Shown: piece by piece, positions 1 to 10,229 of the stretch
Layout of the letters: every line of letters begins with the position of its first letter
Numbering within the stretch: position 1 is the first letter of the stretch
Source: Candidatus Woesearchaeota archaeon
GTDB taxonomy: Archaea > Nanobdellota > Nanobdellia > Woesearchaeales > ARS49
Direction: 5' to 3'
NCBI GenBank assembly: GCA_038891615.1
Contig: JAWADY010000003.1
Span: 65,834 to 129,833 of the forward strand
Length of the DNA: 64,000 bases
Notes under the pieces: generated by a model
What the model was told of the DNA's origin: nothing
The model's input: the letters and a program-made list of their open reading frames with translations, nothing else
Database searches by the model: none
Translations under genes and position numbers: made by a program

Positions 1-957
1 AGCCGGGCTCAGGGTAGCCTCGCCCCATCCATCTACACCCCCAACAACAAGGCTAAATGAACTTGCGCTCTTACCATTGTTTGTAAGCTTTATCTGAAAG
101 CTCGCAACACTTCCAGCAACAACAGATGCCTGAGATTGGTCAAGAACAATTTGAGGCCTTGAATCGCTGGAGCTCTTGTAGTCTTTGTTTTCAAGAATCT
201 TTATTGGAATTACTTCTTTAACAATGCCCCTTTTTCTGTCAAAGCTTGCCTGTGCAACAAAGTCATATACCCCTTCCTTTGTTGAAGGAGGAATTCTTAA
301 GTAAAGCTCTTCTGTGCTCTCTTCGCTTCCAGCTTTTAGCTCTTCAAGATAAGTGCTGTCACTCAAGCCGAGTTCAGGAATAGCAACTGTTATCTTTATG
401 TTTTCCTCAGTCTTTGCGCCTGTATTTTCAAGTCGTACTGTTGCAAGCAATGAACGCCCTGCAAAAAGATTGCCATCCGGCCTTAAAATAATGTCAGAAA
501 TTCTCAAGCCGTGCCTTGGTGCATCTATTTTGAGATTGTAGCTCTCAATAAGCGCATCACCATTTCTATCTGAAAGGACTATGCGAAGCTTGTAGCTGTC
601 AACATCAACATCAGAAGGAAGCTTTAGCTTAAGCTTTTTGCTGTAGCTTGTGTTTGCTTCAAGGTCAAAAGGCCCAACCCTGTCATGAATTGGTTCGATA
701 TCTCCATATTCATATCCTGAAATAAAAGCCTCTAGCTCTGCATTTTTTATGTTGGAGCCCGCCTCAATGGTTACCTTTAGGGCGAACTCGTTGCCACGTT
801 CCAAAGAAAGTCTTGTTTGTTCGTTTGGAACAAGCTCTGTACCATCGATTTCAACATTAGAAAATGAAGCATCAAGCGCAAAGGTGGATGAGGCAAAAAT
901 TATTGCAAAAAGTGCCGCCATCAGCCCAAGCGAGAGTCCTTTCGCGAACTTCATCAT
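1..957 (-). CDS. Secreted cell-surface (S-layer-like) protein, N-terminal 319 codons. The gene runs off the window start.
   Basis: Minus-strand ORF starts at the ATG at 957-955 (MMKFAKGLSLGLMAALFAIIFASSTFA signal peptide) and stays open to position 1. The protein is beta-rich with repetitive Ig-like segments and N-x-S/T sequons. The complete-ORF track does not list it because it is open-ended. Confidence 0.55.
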   Translation of the reverse strand, partial: MMKFAKGLSLGLMAALFAIIFASSTFALDASFSNVEIDGTELVPNEQTRLSLERGNEFALKVTIEAGSNIKNAELEAFISGYEYGDIEPIHDRVGPFDLEANTSYSKKLKLKLPSDVDVDSYKLRIVLSDRNGDALIESYNLKIDAPRHGLRISDIILRPDGNLFAGRSLLATVRLENTGAKTEENIKITVAIPELGLSDSTYLEELKAGSEESTEELYLRIPPSTKEGVYDFVAQASFDRKRGIVKEVIPIKILENKDYKSSSDSRPQIVLDQSQASVVAGSVASFQIKLTNNGKSASSFSLVVGGVDGWGEATLSPA

Positions 958-1009
958 CAACACCCCGTTGTTAGGTAATTTCAAGCATATATAAATCTTT
1001 CTACTTTTA

Positions 1010-3022
1010 CTACTCTGAAGTAACTTCTATCTCTCTGTGGATTGTGCGCCTTACTTCATTGCTGTAGATATTCAGCCTTAGCCAATAGTTTTTCTCTTTA
1101 AGCGCATTAGGAAGCTCAAGATAGACTGTTTTGCTCATCCTCTCACCTTGGCCGAGGTCAAAAGGACCAATGCTTTTGCGTATCCCAAGCTCTGGAATTG
1201 AAACTATCACCTTTACATCATCAAGGCCTTTATTGCCGCTGTTAGAGAGCGCAATGCCAACCTCAAGAATATCTCCTGCAAGAATGTTACTTTCAGGAAC
1301 TCTCACTGCAGAAATGTGTATTCCAAACTCAGCCTCCTCAGCACCAATAGGTTTTTCAGCAACTCCTGGCTTTTGAAGCCTAACTGTTATGAAAATGCTC
1401 TGATCTACGATGGTGGCTACTCCACTAACCTCTAAATATCCTTCTTTGTTTATCTTATATGCGTAACTAGCTGGAGCAAAGTTATTGAAAACAGCTATCC
1501 CTGCAGAATCTGTCTGCTTGCTCTGGCCATCAAATACAACAAGTGCATTTGGTAGTGGATTGCCTGTTGAATTATCAAGCACTAGGAATGTTGCAGAGAA
1601 GACTCCTGAACTTGTGCGCGGAGTAAGTGAAAGGAAAACAAAAACATCAGAAGAGCTGACTTTAACAGTTCCAGAAAGTGGTTCATAACCAGGATGGCTT
1701 ATTGTGTAGCTGTAATCCCCAGCCTGGACATTGGCAAATTGTGCAAAACCCTTATCGTCTGTTATCCTGGTCTGTGGAGTGCCTCCTGAAATGCTTATCG
1801 TTGCACCTGGCACAGGCAGTCCAGTAAGTGCATCAATAAGATAAAAGTTTATTGTAGACCTTTCCTCTGCTGAAGCAAAAACCTGCAGCGTAGCTCTTTC
1901 TCCAAGGTTTTGCTTTGCCACGCAGTTAGGAGAGTTGGCAATTCCTTCAACAAGGATTGAATAAATGCCTTCTCCACCACTTGGTGTCCAGCTGAAGGAA
2001 TACTCCTTAGGCTGAATGGCATCTGGGTTTTCTCCAACTTCAAGCTCGCCATTTGTAACTGAACCTGAAGGAGCTGTAACAGTGTATTTTATCTTTGTAG
2101 GAACCGGGCTTAGACTTCCGTCACTAGCAAGGTTTGATATTTTTGAGAACAGAACAGTTGCTGGCTCTCCGAGCCTTGGCTTGAATGGAACGGTTCTTAG
2201 ATTGTTGATAAGTGTATAACATTGGTTTGTCGGCTCGTTCTCAAGTACTGTAAACTGTTTTGAGCTTGTCATTACTGTGCTGCTTTCACATTGATCGTCT
2301 GTAACTTCTGAGCTAACCGAGGCGGAGTAGTTTCCGTCCTTCCCAGGAGTCCAGCTGAAACTAACATCCTCTGCTTCATCCATGAAAAGCAAAATCTTTT
2401 TCTTTTCTGTTTTCACAACCGCGCCTGTGTCGAGATTAACGATTTGTAGTGTTACTTCGGTCTCTGCAGAATAATGTTCATCCTTAAATGCTTCTGGTAC
2501 AAACCCAACTCCGTTGTCTGCTTGCTCAAATGGAGACCTTGTTGTTGCGGCCAACGAGGCTGAGGTGCTTACAACAAGAGGAATGTTTGCCTTGGCATCA
2601 TTCGTTATTCGCAGGTTTTCAAGAGTTGCCTTGCAACTTTTGACTTTGTTAAATGTGATGTCAAAGCTTGTGGTAAAAAGCCTTTCATCTCCTCCTGAGT
2701 TCCACGTCGCAACAAATTCTTGGGGGACGTATCCTTTGCTGAAATAATAAACAGCATAGCCGTATTGAGTTGCAAGGCTGCTAGGATATCTAATTGTTAA
2801 CCTTCCGTTTGTTGTCGACTTTCCATCAGGAAAGCTTCCTGAAAAGGCAGCAACATTATTACAACCAGCGTCAAGACAATCAAATGCTTCTACCTGCACG
2901 TTTGGTACATTAAAATTGTAAACAACATCAACAAGTGCACTTGCGCTGTTGGAAAAGATTATTGCAGCAAAAAGGCTTACCAGAATAAAAAGCATGCTCA
3001 CAAAACCTTTTTTTTCAGCCAT
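1010..3022 (-). CDS. Secreted surface protein, 670 aa, with a signal peptide and tandem Ig-like/CarboxypepD_reg-like beta-sandwich domains. Probable S-layer/surface glycoprotein.
   Basis: N-terminal hydrophobic signal MAEKKGFVSMLFILVSLFAAIIFSNSASA. Internal motif GATISISGG...DDKGFAQF...AGDYSYTISHPGYEP is typical of carboxypeptidase-regulatory-like domains. Many NxS/T sequons. Confidence 0.6.
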   Translation of the reverse strand: MAEKKGFVSMLFILVSLFAAIIFSNSASALVDVVYNFNVPNVQVEAFDCLDAGCNNVAAFSGSFPDGKSTTNGRLTIRYPSSLATQYGYAVYYFSKGYVPQEFVATWNSGGDERLFTTSFDITFNKVKSCKATLENLRITNDAKANIPLVVSTSASLAATTRSPFEQADNGVGFVPEAFKDEHYSAETEVTLQIVNLDTGAVVKTEKKKILLFMDEAEDVSFSWTPGKDGNYSASVSSEVTDDQCESSTVMTSSKQFTVLENEPTNQCYTLINNLRTVPFKPRLGEPATVLFSKISNLASDGSLSPVPTKIKYTVTAPSGSVTNGELEVGENPDAIQPKEYSFSWTPSGGEGIYSILVEGIANSPNCVAKQNLGERATLQVFASAEERSTINFYLIDALTGLPVPGATISISGGTPQTRITDDKGFAQFANVQAGDYSYTISHPGYEPLSGTVKVSSSDVFVFLSLTPRTSSGVFSATFLVLDNSTGNPLPNALVVFDGQSKQTDSAGIAVFNNFAPASYAYKINKEGYLEVSGVATIVDQSIFITVRLQKPGVAEKPIGAEEAEFGIHISAVRVPESNILAGDILEVGIALSNSGNKGLDDVKVIVSIPELGIRKSIGPFDLGQGERMSKTVYLELPNALKEKNYWLRLNIYSNEVRRTIHREIEVTSE

Positions 3023-3068
3023 TTAGAGCCACCTTCATATTCTTTCTCTTGGTAAATCCGACTAGCTT

Positions 3069-3800
3069 CTAAAATGCTCCTCCCCCAACTTGGCCTCCTG
3101 ATATTCCTCCTCCGCTTGAAGAAGCGCCAGCTCCGCCACCGCCATGACTTGCAGAAGCAATACCAATAACCACCAAACCAGTCCCAATCGTTGAAGCAAT
3201 GCAGCCTTCTGTACTTCTGTTTTCAGTTAGGCAGTTATAAATGACATTCACTCCTGGGGTTATATTCAGCAGAAACTTTCCAAAATTAAACCCCTTTTTA
3301 TTTTGACTAACATTTCGGTTGTTTTGTTTTGTGGCCTCAACAGCAACATACCTTAATCTACAATCCTGCTCTCCACTTGAGCGTCTAAAGCATACCTCTT
3401 GCTTTATCGTCTTTTCCGCCTTTTGCTGACCTGTTTCCTTTTCAGTCTGCTTGGCTGCGTATGCAAGCTGGTCGTTGTTGGGGTGGTTGTATGAAACGCT
3501 GGGTTGGTCCTGTTCGGCTGTTTTTTTCTGAGCGTTTGCAATCAAGCCATCTATCTTTTGGTCGAGCGCACTGTATTGGTTTTGTAGCGATCTGTAAACG
3601 CTTTCCAGAGCCTCAAGCTTTTGTTCGAGGTTTTTTATATTTCTCAAGGCGTTTGCGTTGCTATAAAATTGGTTTGGTTTGTTTTTTGATTCAAAATATA
3701 ACTGGCTAAGTTTGTCTGTTCCGAGGTACGCTGCGGCACTCCCTAAAGCAAGCAGAAACCAATTTTTTAATCCAATCTTGTTATTAAAGTAATCTGCCAT
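3069..3800 (-). CDS. Hypothetical membrane-anchored coiled-coil protein with a Gly-rich C-terminal tail.
   Basis: N-terminal TM helix, then a heptad-like Q/L-rich segment, a C-terminal hydrophobic segment and a GGGGAGASSSGGG tail. No recognisable family. Confidence 0.4.
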   Translation of the reverse strand: MADYFNNKIGLKNWFLLALGSAAAYLGTDKLSQLYFESKNKPNQFYSNANALRNIKNLEQKLEALESVYRSLQNQYSALDQKIDGLIANAQKKTAEQDQPSVSYNHPNNDQLAYAAKQTEKETGQQKAEKTIKQEVCFRRSSGEQDCRLRYVAVEATKQNNRNVSQNKKGFNFGKFLLNITPGVNVIYNCLTENRSTEGCIASTIGTGLVVIGIASASHGGGGAGASSSGGGISGGQVGGGAF

Positions 3801-3894
3801 TTTACCACCCCAAAAACAAAATAAATTTGTGTGTAGTATTTGCTTCCTACTATATAAAACTATCGTTTTAGTTGCTATTACAGAGTAGCAATAT

Positions 3895-4977
3895 TTAGAT
3901 TAAAGCTTTTAAGCCCAAAATTGCTATTCGTGGCTCTCTAAGCAGAACTTTTAGAAGGAGTTTTGCTGGAAATTCTCTTGGATATTTGCTCAGGACCTCT
4001 TTAACAGCAATGTGCGAGACATAGTTAAGTAAGGAATCATAATCTCTATCGCTAAAACGGTTTAGAAGGGCTCTTATTCTTGCATGCAGCCATAACTGAA
4101 AACGAAGAGGGCTAAGAAGTCTCTCATAGTTCTTTTGCTCATTTATTGCTTTTGCAGCAGCCTCTGCAGAAATGATTCCAGTTATTATCCCACCACCTGT
4201 TGTTGCCTTTGTCAGACCAGCTGCATCTCCAACAAGAAACACGCCCTTGGATGGCTCGCATACTTTTCTTTTGTGATAAAAAGGGATAAGGCCTCCTTCG
4301 ATATGAGTTATCCGCTTTGGCTTTTGCTGTCTCAGAAAGTTATTAAATCTTTTATGTAGTTGCTGCTTACTGGCTAGTCCTATCTTGGCGCTATTTTCAT
4401 TCAATGGAACAACCCAACAAAAAAAGTCACTAGCAACACTTCCAAAATATGCAGAAAACCTTTTTGGCTCAAACTCTCCTTCTACCACTGCTTGTGCGCC
4501 AAAATAAAAATGTTTTTGCCCTTCAAGGCCAAAAACACGCGCCACTTTGCTAAGTGGGCCATCCGCACCAACTACAATATCAAAAGGTTCAACAACCCTT
4601 TTGTTGCCATTAACAAAAACAAGCTGCCCATCTTTTTTACCTAAAAAATGATGGCCGAGCTTGACCTGCGCACCTGCATCAAGTGCACGTTCTACAAGCC
4701 AGCTGTCAAAAGCGGCTCTGTCAAGAACCCATTCTTGCAAAGGTATCAAAGTTTTTGTTCGTGGACCAACCAGTAAGCACTCCTTTATTTCGTTTAGAAT
4801 AAATTCCTTTATTTTAGGAACATGCTCCCAAAGCAGCCTTGTTACAAGCCCTGTGCAATGAACTGGCTTTCCCACAGTTCTGTGTTCTTCGTAAATTGTC
4901 ACCTCGTGCCCTGTTTTTGCAAGAAGTCTTGCAACAGTTGCCCCGCTTGGGCCTGCACCAATAACAGCAATGCGCAT
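3895..4977 (-). CDS. Geranylgeranyl reductase family FAD-dependent oxidoreductase (archaeal lipid/prenyl reductase).
   Basis: N-terminal GxGxxG FAD motif MRIAVIGAGPSGATVARLL...YEE. Length and overall pattern match the GGR family. Confidence 0.75.
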   Translation of the reverse strand: MRIAVIGAGPSGATVARLLAKTGHEVTIYEEHRTVGKPVHCTGLVTRLLWEHVPKIKEFILNEIKECLLVGPRTKTLIPLQEWVLDRAAFDSWLVERALDAGAQVKLGHHFLGKKDGQLVFVNGNKRVVEPFDIVVGADGPLSKVARVFGLEGQKHFYFGAQAVVEGEFEPKRFSAYFGSVASDFFCWVVPLNENSAKIGLASKQQLHKRFNNFLRQQKPKRITHIEGGLIPFYHKRKVCEPSKGVFLVGDAAGLTKATTGGGIITGIISAEAAAKAINEQKNYERLLSPLRFQLWLHARIRALLNRFSDRDYDSLLNYVSHIAVKEVLSKYPREFPAKLLLKVLLREPRIAILGLKALI

Positions 4978-5071
4978 ACTCTTTGTTCAAAGCTTCTTAA
5001 ATATAAATTATTCTAAATTCAACCAAAAAAGGTTCACTACATTTATAAATTTCCATTGCAAAACCCTTTTC

Positions 5072-5752
5072 ATGGGTAGAAAAATTTTCATAATAATTCC
5101 TGCATTCAACGAAGAAAAGATTATAAGAAAGGTTCTTACAGATTTAAAGTCCCATGGCTACAAAAATTTAATTGTTATTAATGATGGAAGCACTGACAGA
5201 ACTGCTGAGATTGCAAAGGAGGCAGGGGCAATTGTTTTGGAGCATGTGGTAAACCGTGGACAAGGGGCCGCTCTAAGAACAGGGATTGATTTCGCGCTAG
5301 CGCATGGGGCTGATATTATAGTAACCTTTGATGCTGATGGGCAACACGATCCTTCTGACATTCCATCCCTCATTGCTCCTATTGCGAGTGGAAAAGCAGA
5401 TATCTCTCTTGGTTCAAGGTTCCTTGGCAAGAAGTCAAATGTTTCATTTGCAAAAAAGCTCGTGTTGAAAGCAGGCGCTGTTTTTTTAATGGCTATGTAT
5501 GGCGTAAGATTGACTGATAGTCACAATGGTTTGCGCGCAATGTCTGCAAGAGCTGCTAAAGCACTTGAGCTATGTTCTGACAAAATGGAACATGCTTCAG
5601 AGATAATCGAAAAAATTGCCACAAAAAAACTTCGTTATGTCGAAGTTCCAGTAACTATAAAGTACACCTCTTATGCGCTAGCAGATGGCCAAAGCCCTCT
5701 TGCAGCCATTAAGATAGCATTTAGGATGCTTGTCAACAAACTACTAAGGTGA
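5072..5752 (+). CDS. GT2 glycosyltransferase (dolichol-phosphate hexosyltransferase-like).
   Basis: IIIPAFNEE...VINDGSTD...DADGQHDP motifs (GT-A DxD). Start moved to the internal ATG at 5072 (MGRKIFIII), because the track start at 4970 overlaps the upstream reductase. Confidence 0.8.
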   Translation: MGRKIFIIIPAFNEEKIIRKVLTDLKSHGYKNLIVINDGSTDRTAEIAKEAGAIVLEHVVNRGQGAALRTGIDFALAHGADIIVTFDADGQHDPSDIPSLIAPIASGKADISLGSRFLGKKSNVSFAKKLVLKAGAVFLMAMYGVRLTDSHNGLRAMSARAAKALELCSDKMEHASEIIEKIATKKLRYVEVPVTIKYTSYALADGQSPLAAIKIAFRMLVNKLLR

Positions 5753-5759
5753 CTAAGCA

Positions 5760-6107
5760 ATGGAAATAGTACCAATTCAGATTGTCATCATTCTGTTTGC
5801 TCTATTCGCTTTCAGTAGGGCTGTGCTAAGGCTAAAGGATAAAGCTATTACAGTCGGCGAATTTATTTTTTGGAGCGCACTGTGGGGTTTTGTTATCATC
5901 CTAGCCGCGCATCCGGCTGTTGGCTCCATTTTTTCTGAAACTTTTGGTGTGCGAAGAACTGTCGATTTCGTAATCTATGTTAGCCTACTTCTTTTATTTT
6001 ATCTGATTTTTAGGATATATGTCAAGACCGAAAGACTTGAGCAAGCCATAACAAAGCTGACAAGGGTGCTTGCATTAGAAAAAGCTGAACAAAAAAGGTT
6101 AAAATGA
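5760..6107 (+). CDS. Small 3-TM membrane protein, DUF2304-like. This family often accompanies GT2 genes.
   Basis: 115 aa with three hydrophobic helices, sitting immediately downstream of a GT2 gene. Family assignment is from memory of the usual gene context. Confidence 0.45.
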   Translation: MEIVPIQIVIILFALFAFSRAVLRLKDKAITVGEFIFWSALWGFVIILAAHPAVGSIFSETFGVRRTVDFVIYVSLLLLFYLIFRIYVKTERLEQAITKLTRVLALEKAEQKRLK

Positions 6108-7258
6108 AAATCCTTCTTGTTAGCGAGTATTTCCCAAAGTCCGAAGATTGTGAAGTGCGGGGAGGCGCAGAAGCGCGTTGCTTTTTCATAGCAAAAGAAC
6201 TGGCCAAGAGGCACAGCGTGACTGTTCTAACCTCTTGGGAAAACGGAACTCCACGCGAGAGCTCCTTTGCAGGAATTCGCGTACTTAGGTGCGGCAAGCA
6301 ACGCAGTTATTCCCAAACAGGTTCTTTTCTTGCACGCATAAGCTTTGCCCTTGAAGCAATAAGGATTGGCAAAAAGATGAAAGCAGAAATTGTTGACGCT
6401 CAGAATTTTATAAGCTATCTTCCAGCCTATTCAATTGCAAGGTCGATCGGAGCAAAGGCTGTTGCAACCTACCATGATGTCTGGGTTGGCAGATGGATAA
6501 GTAATGTTGGTCTTGTTGATGGAGTGTTGGGCGAGTTTTGGGAAAGACTGACCCTTTCAAAGCATTGGGACCATTTCATTGCAAACAGCAACTTCACAAA
6601 AACGAATCTCATCCGCGCAGGTATTCCCCCAAGCAAGATTTCGGTTGTTCATAATGGTGTAGACCTCTCACTTCATAGCAAAGTTAGAACGAGAAAGTCA
6701 CCCAGCCCAACAATATCCTGTGTTGCCAGACTTGTGTCTTACAAAAGGATAGATGACTTGATTAAGGCGATTGCGCTTTTGAAAAAGGACTTTCCCAACC
6801 TAAGATGTGAAATAGTTGGCGCTGGTCCAGAAGAAGCAAAGTTAAAAAAATTAGTAAGTCAGCTTGGACTTGAAAGCAGCATTGATTTTCTTGGCACACT
6901 ACCAAGCTACAAAGAAGTGCTTTCTGTCATAAAACGCTCACACATTCTCTGCCTTCCATCTGTTGTGGAAGGCTTCGGAATTGTGATTGTTGATGCAATA
7001 GCTTGTGGAGTACCCTATGTTGCAGCAGCCATACCACCAATACTCGAAGTTACAGAAAATGGCAAGGCTGGGCTTCTTTTCAACCCAGCTGATCATAAGG
7101 ACTTAGCACGAAAAATGAAGTCTCTGCTACTTAATAAAACGCTTTATGCAAGAAAAGTTGCTGAATCTGCCGCTCTTGCAAAGAAATACGATTGGAAAAC
7201 GCTTGCAAGAGAGGTTAAATCTGTCTACGCAACAATCTTAGAAAGAAAACATTTTTAA
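6104..7258 (+). CDS. GT4 (GT-B fold) glycosyltransferase.
   Basis: MKILLVSEYFP...GGAE N-terminus and the C-terminal EGFGIVIVDAIACGVPYV motif typical of GT4. Confidence 0.8.
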   Translation: MKILLVSEYFPKSEDCEVRGGAEARCFFIAKELAKRHSVTVLTSWENGTPRESSFAGIRVLRCGKQRSYSQTGSFLARISFALEAIRIGKKMKAEIVDAQNFISYLPAYSIARSIGAKAVATYHDVWVGRWISNVGLVDGVLGEFWERLTLSKHWDHFIANSNFTKTNLIRAGIPPSKISVVHNGVDLSLHSKVRTRKSPSPTISCVARLVSYKRIDDLIKAIALLKKDFPNLRCEIVGAGPEEAKLKKLVSQLGLESSIDFLGTLPSYKEVLSVIKRSHILCLPSVVEGFGIVIVDAIACGVPYVAAAIPPILEVTENGKAGLLFNPADHKDLARKMKSLLLNKTLYARKVAESAALAKKYDWKTLAREVKSVYATILERKHF

Positions 7259-7294
7259 GCGTTGAGCAGCTTTTAGCGCTGGGGGTTCCTATCG

Positions 7295-10198
7295 ATGGGT
7301 TTAGACGACTCAAAAAACGAAGGAGATGAACTTGAACTAGACCTTAGAAATATTTTTTCTTTTTTCAAAAGCAAGCGGTCTGAGCCTAAAGAAAGCACTG
7401 TTGAAGAACATAAAAATCCTCCAACAACTCAATCTGGCTCTCATGATTCAGAAGAGTTTTCCCTAAATCTTAGTGCAGCAGCACTTTTTTTGAAAAGGCA
7501 TTACCTCTGGCTGCTTCTTCTTGTGCCAATATTTCTGAGCATCTACTTTAGAATGACTCCTGCAAGCTTGCCAATAACAGAGGAATGGGCCAAAAATAAT
7601 GTTCACAATTTCATAAAGCAGGACCTCTTGAACTTTGTCAACCAAAACTATCCAAACCTTCCAATAACTAACAAGAACAGATTGATTGAAGAAGAGTTTT
7701 CAAAGGCAATTAAGCAAGATTTTTACCAGGTTAAGACAGGGCAATATCAAGGGCAAAGCTTTAGAATAGCTGATCAGATAAAACAAAATGCCGAATTACT
7801 AAAGGAATTCTGGCAGTATGAGAGCAATGGAAAGAAATTTGTATACATGCCAGACATAGACCCTTACACTTATTTGCGATACGCCAGAAATCTGCTTGAG
7901 AAAGGTCATGTTGGTGATGAGATAAGGAATGGTTTGGATTGGGACAATCACATGATTGCCCCTCTTGGTGCCGGTGTTGATAAAACAGGCCATCCTTATG
8001 TTCTCCTTGCACTTTACAAGATAATTAAAATTTTTAAACCATCTGCAGACTTGATGAATGCAGCAACATATTTCCCAATCATATTCTCAACAATCTCGGT
8101 AATTCCTGCATTTTTCATTGGCAGAAAACTTGCAGGAAATGTTGGAGGTCTTTTTGCTTCTACAATGCTCGCGATACATCCAGCATTTCTAAACAGGACA
8201 ACATGGGGTCATTCAGATACTGATGCATATGTTATTTTCTTTGCCTTATTTATTAGCTGGCTTTTTCTGGAAGCACTCGAAGTCAAAAAGCTGTCCAAAA
8301 AATTGGCCCTTTCTACAGGCGCGGGTGTATTAACAGGCCTATTTACTTATTTTTGGGGAGGGTGGTGGCATATTTTAGATTTTATGCTAGCCACCGCAGG
8401 TATTTATTTCTTTTATTTACTTTTCATAAACTTAAAAGCAAACAACATCAAAAACATAGAATCTTATAAAATCCTGTTAATTGTTATAACATTTATTTTA
8501 GCAGCAATTTTTATAGGTTCAATTTTCATTGGATTTAAAGGAGTACTTTCCGCGCCGCTCGGGCCTTTTAGGTTTATGCGAATAAAAGAAGCTACAAAGT
8601 TATCTCTCTGGCCAAATGTTTATACCACAGTTGCAGAACTCAACGAAGCCTCTTTTTCTCAGATTGTCAATGTAATTGGAGGAAAATTTCTTTTTGTACT
8701 TATTCTGGCAGGAATTGCACTTGCAGCTCTAAAACGAGATGGACAAGGCAAACTTGATCCTAAATATCTCATTCTTTTGCTTATATGGTTTGTTGCAACA
8801 ATCTATGCAAGTACAAAAGGAATAAGATTTACAATGTTAATCGTGCCTCCCCTTTCGATAGCTTTTGGAACATTTATAGGCAAAGCTTTTGAATATGCAA
8901 ACGGCTTTTGTGAAAGGAGCTTACACCTTAGTAAAAAAGTAGTTGCACCAGTGCTTTTGCTTTTGTTCGCTATTGCACTCTTTAGTCCTGCAAAGGCATG
9001 GTACCAAAGCACCATAAATGACATTCCAATAGTGAACGATGCGTGGTGGAACACTCTAACAAAAATAAGGCAAGAATCCCAGCCAAATGCGATAATAAAC
9101 TCTTGGTGGGACTTTGGTCACCATTTCAAATACATTGCAGATAGAGCTGTAACATTTGATGGCGCAAGCCAGAACAAGCCCATGGCTCATTGGATTGGGA
9201 AGGTGTTGTTGACCGGGAATGAAGAAGAAGCAATTGGAATTCTTAGGATGCTTGATTGTGGCAGCAACAGCGCATTCAAAGAGCTTGACAAAAAGATAAA
9301 TGATGCTTCAAAAACAGTTAAGCTTCTCTACGAGCTTGTTGTGCTTGATAAAAGCGGTGCTGAAAAACTGCTTAAAGAAAATGGGCTCTTAAAAGATGAA
9401 ATTCAAAATGTTTTAAGATACACCCATTGTGAGCCACCCGAAGACTACTTTATAACTTCAGACGATATGATAAGCAAAGCTGGTGTTTGGGCTCATTTTG
9501 GAAGCTGGAATTTTGATCGCGCTGATTTATGGCTGTCACGCAATGAGCCAAAAGAAAAATTTGTGCAAAAGGCGGTAAAAGACAACAATTACTCACAAGA
9601 AGAAGCCTTGAGATTGTACACCGAGCTTCAAGGAATAAAAACAGAACGTGAGGGTAATAGTTGGATCGCGCCATGGCCAAACTATGCTTCTGGTCTAGCA
9701 AGCTGCAGTCAAAAAAAGAACATCGTTGAGTGTAACAATGGAATAACCATTAACCTTGAAAACTATAGCGCAACAATCCCAACAAATAATGGCATAATCC
9801 AGCCATCATCAGTTGTTTATGTTGAAGGTCCTGATGTTGTTGAAAAAAAGTTTAATACAAGTAATGACCTTTCACTGTCATTAATTCCTGTTGAGGGCGG
9901 TTATCAAGTAATTCTGATGCAGAAGGAGCTTGGGCTATCGATGTTCAACAGGCTGTACTTCTTCAGAGGTCATGGATTAAGGCATTTCAAGCTCTTTGAC
10001 GCGCAGAGACAGTTAAGCGGTGGATGGATTTATACTTGGAAGGTTGATTGGGATGGTGGTGACAAGAACGAAGTTTATGTTTCTGAAAAGCAGAACAAAA
10101 CTACTGAAGTTATAAAAGTTGAAGATGAACAAGAATCAACCAATAAAAGCTCAACAAATGGAGCTGAAAATGTAACATCCACTGTATTGGTCGAATAA
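7295..10198 (+). CDS. aglB: Archaeal oligosaccharyltransferase AglB (STT3 homologue).
   Basis: 967 aa. Multi-TM N-terminal half followed by the diagnostic WWDYG-type motif (NSWWDFGHHF) and a large C-terminal soluble domain. Confidence 0.9.
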   Translation: MGLDDSKNEGDELELDLRNIFSFFKSKRSEPKESTVEEHKNPPTTQSGSHDSEEFSLNLSAAALFLKRHYLWLLLLVPIFLSIYFRMTPASLPITEEWAKNNVHNFIKQDLLNFVNQNYPNLPITNKNRLIEEEFSKAIKQDFYQVKTGQYQGQSFRIADQIKQNAELLKEFWQYESNGKKFVYMPDIDPYTYLRYARNLLEKGHVGDEIRNGLDWDNHMIAPLGAGVDKTGHPYVLLALYKIIKIFKPSADLMNAATYFPIIFSTISVIPAFFIGRKLAGNVGGLFASTMLAIHPAFLNRTTWGHSDTDAYVIFFALFISWLFLEALEVKKLSKKLALSTGAGVLTGLFTYFWGGWWHILDFMLATAGIYFFYLLFINLKANNIKNIESYKILLIVITFILAAIFIGSIFIGFKGVLSAPLGPFRFMRIKEATKLSLWPNVYTTVAELNEASFSQIVNVIGGKFLFVLILAGIALAALKRDGQGKLDPKYLILLLIWFVATIYASTKGIRFTMLIVPPLSIAFGTFIGKAFEYANGFCERSLHLSKKVVAPVLLLLFAIALFSPAKAWYQSTINDIPIVNDAWWNTLTKIRQESQPNAIINSWWDFGHHFKYIADRAVTFDGASQNKPMAHWIGKVLLTGNEEEAIGILRMLDCGSNSAFKELDKKINDASKTVKLLYELVVLDKSGAEKLLKENGLLKDEIQNVLRYTHCEPPEDYFITSDDMISKAGVWAHFGSWNFDRADLWLSRNEPKEKFVQKAVKDNNYSQEEALRLYTELQGIKTEREGNSWIAPWPNYASGLASCSQKKNIVECNNGITINLENYSATIPTNNGIIQPSSVVYVEGPDVVEKKFNTSNDLSLSLIPVEGGYQVILMQKELGLSMFNRLYFFRGHGLRHFKLFDAQRQLSGGWIYTWKVDWDGGDKNEVYVSEKQNKTTEVIKVEDEQESTNKSSTNGAENVTSTVLVE

Positions 10199-10229
10199 AA
10201 TACATGTATGAAAAGAATTTGTTTGTAAA

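Noticed and set aside
1131-2747. Several 60-80-aa plus-strand ORFs (1131-1376, 1485-1688, 2016-2219, 2514-2747).
   Set aside because: They lie entirely antisense within the 670-aa surface-protein gene and show no motifs. Treated as frame artefacts.
3461-3709. 82-aa plus ORF and similar short ORFs antisense to other genes (for example 31366-31659, 45012-45599).
   Set aside because: Embedded antisense in well-supported genes.
4970-5071. Upstream start of the GT2 gene.
   Set aside because: Overlaps the convergent geranylgeranyl reductase gene. GT2 homologues begin at the IIPAFNE strand, consistent with the ATG at 5072.
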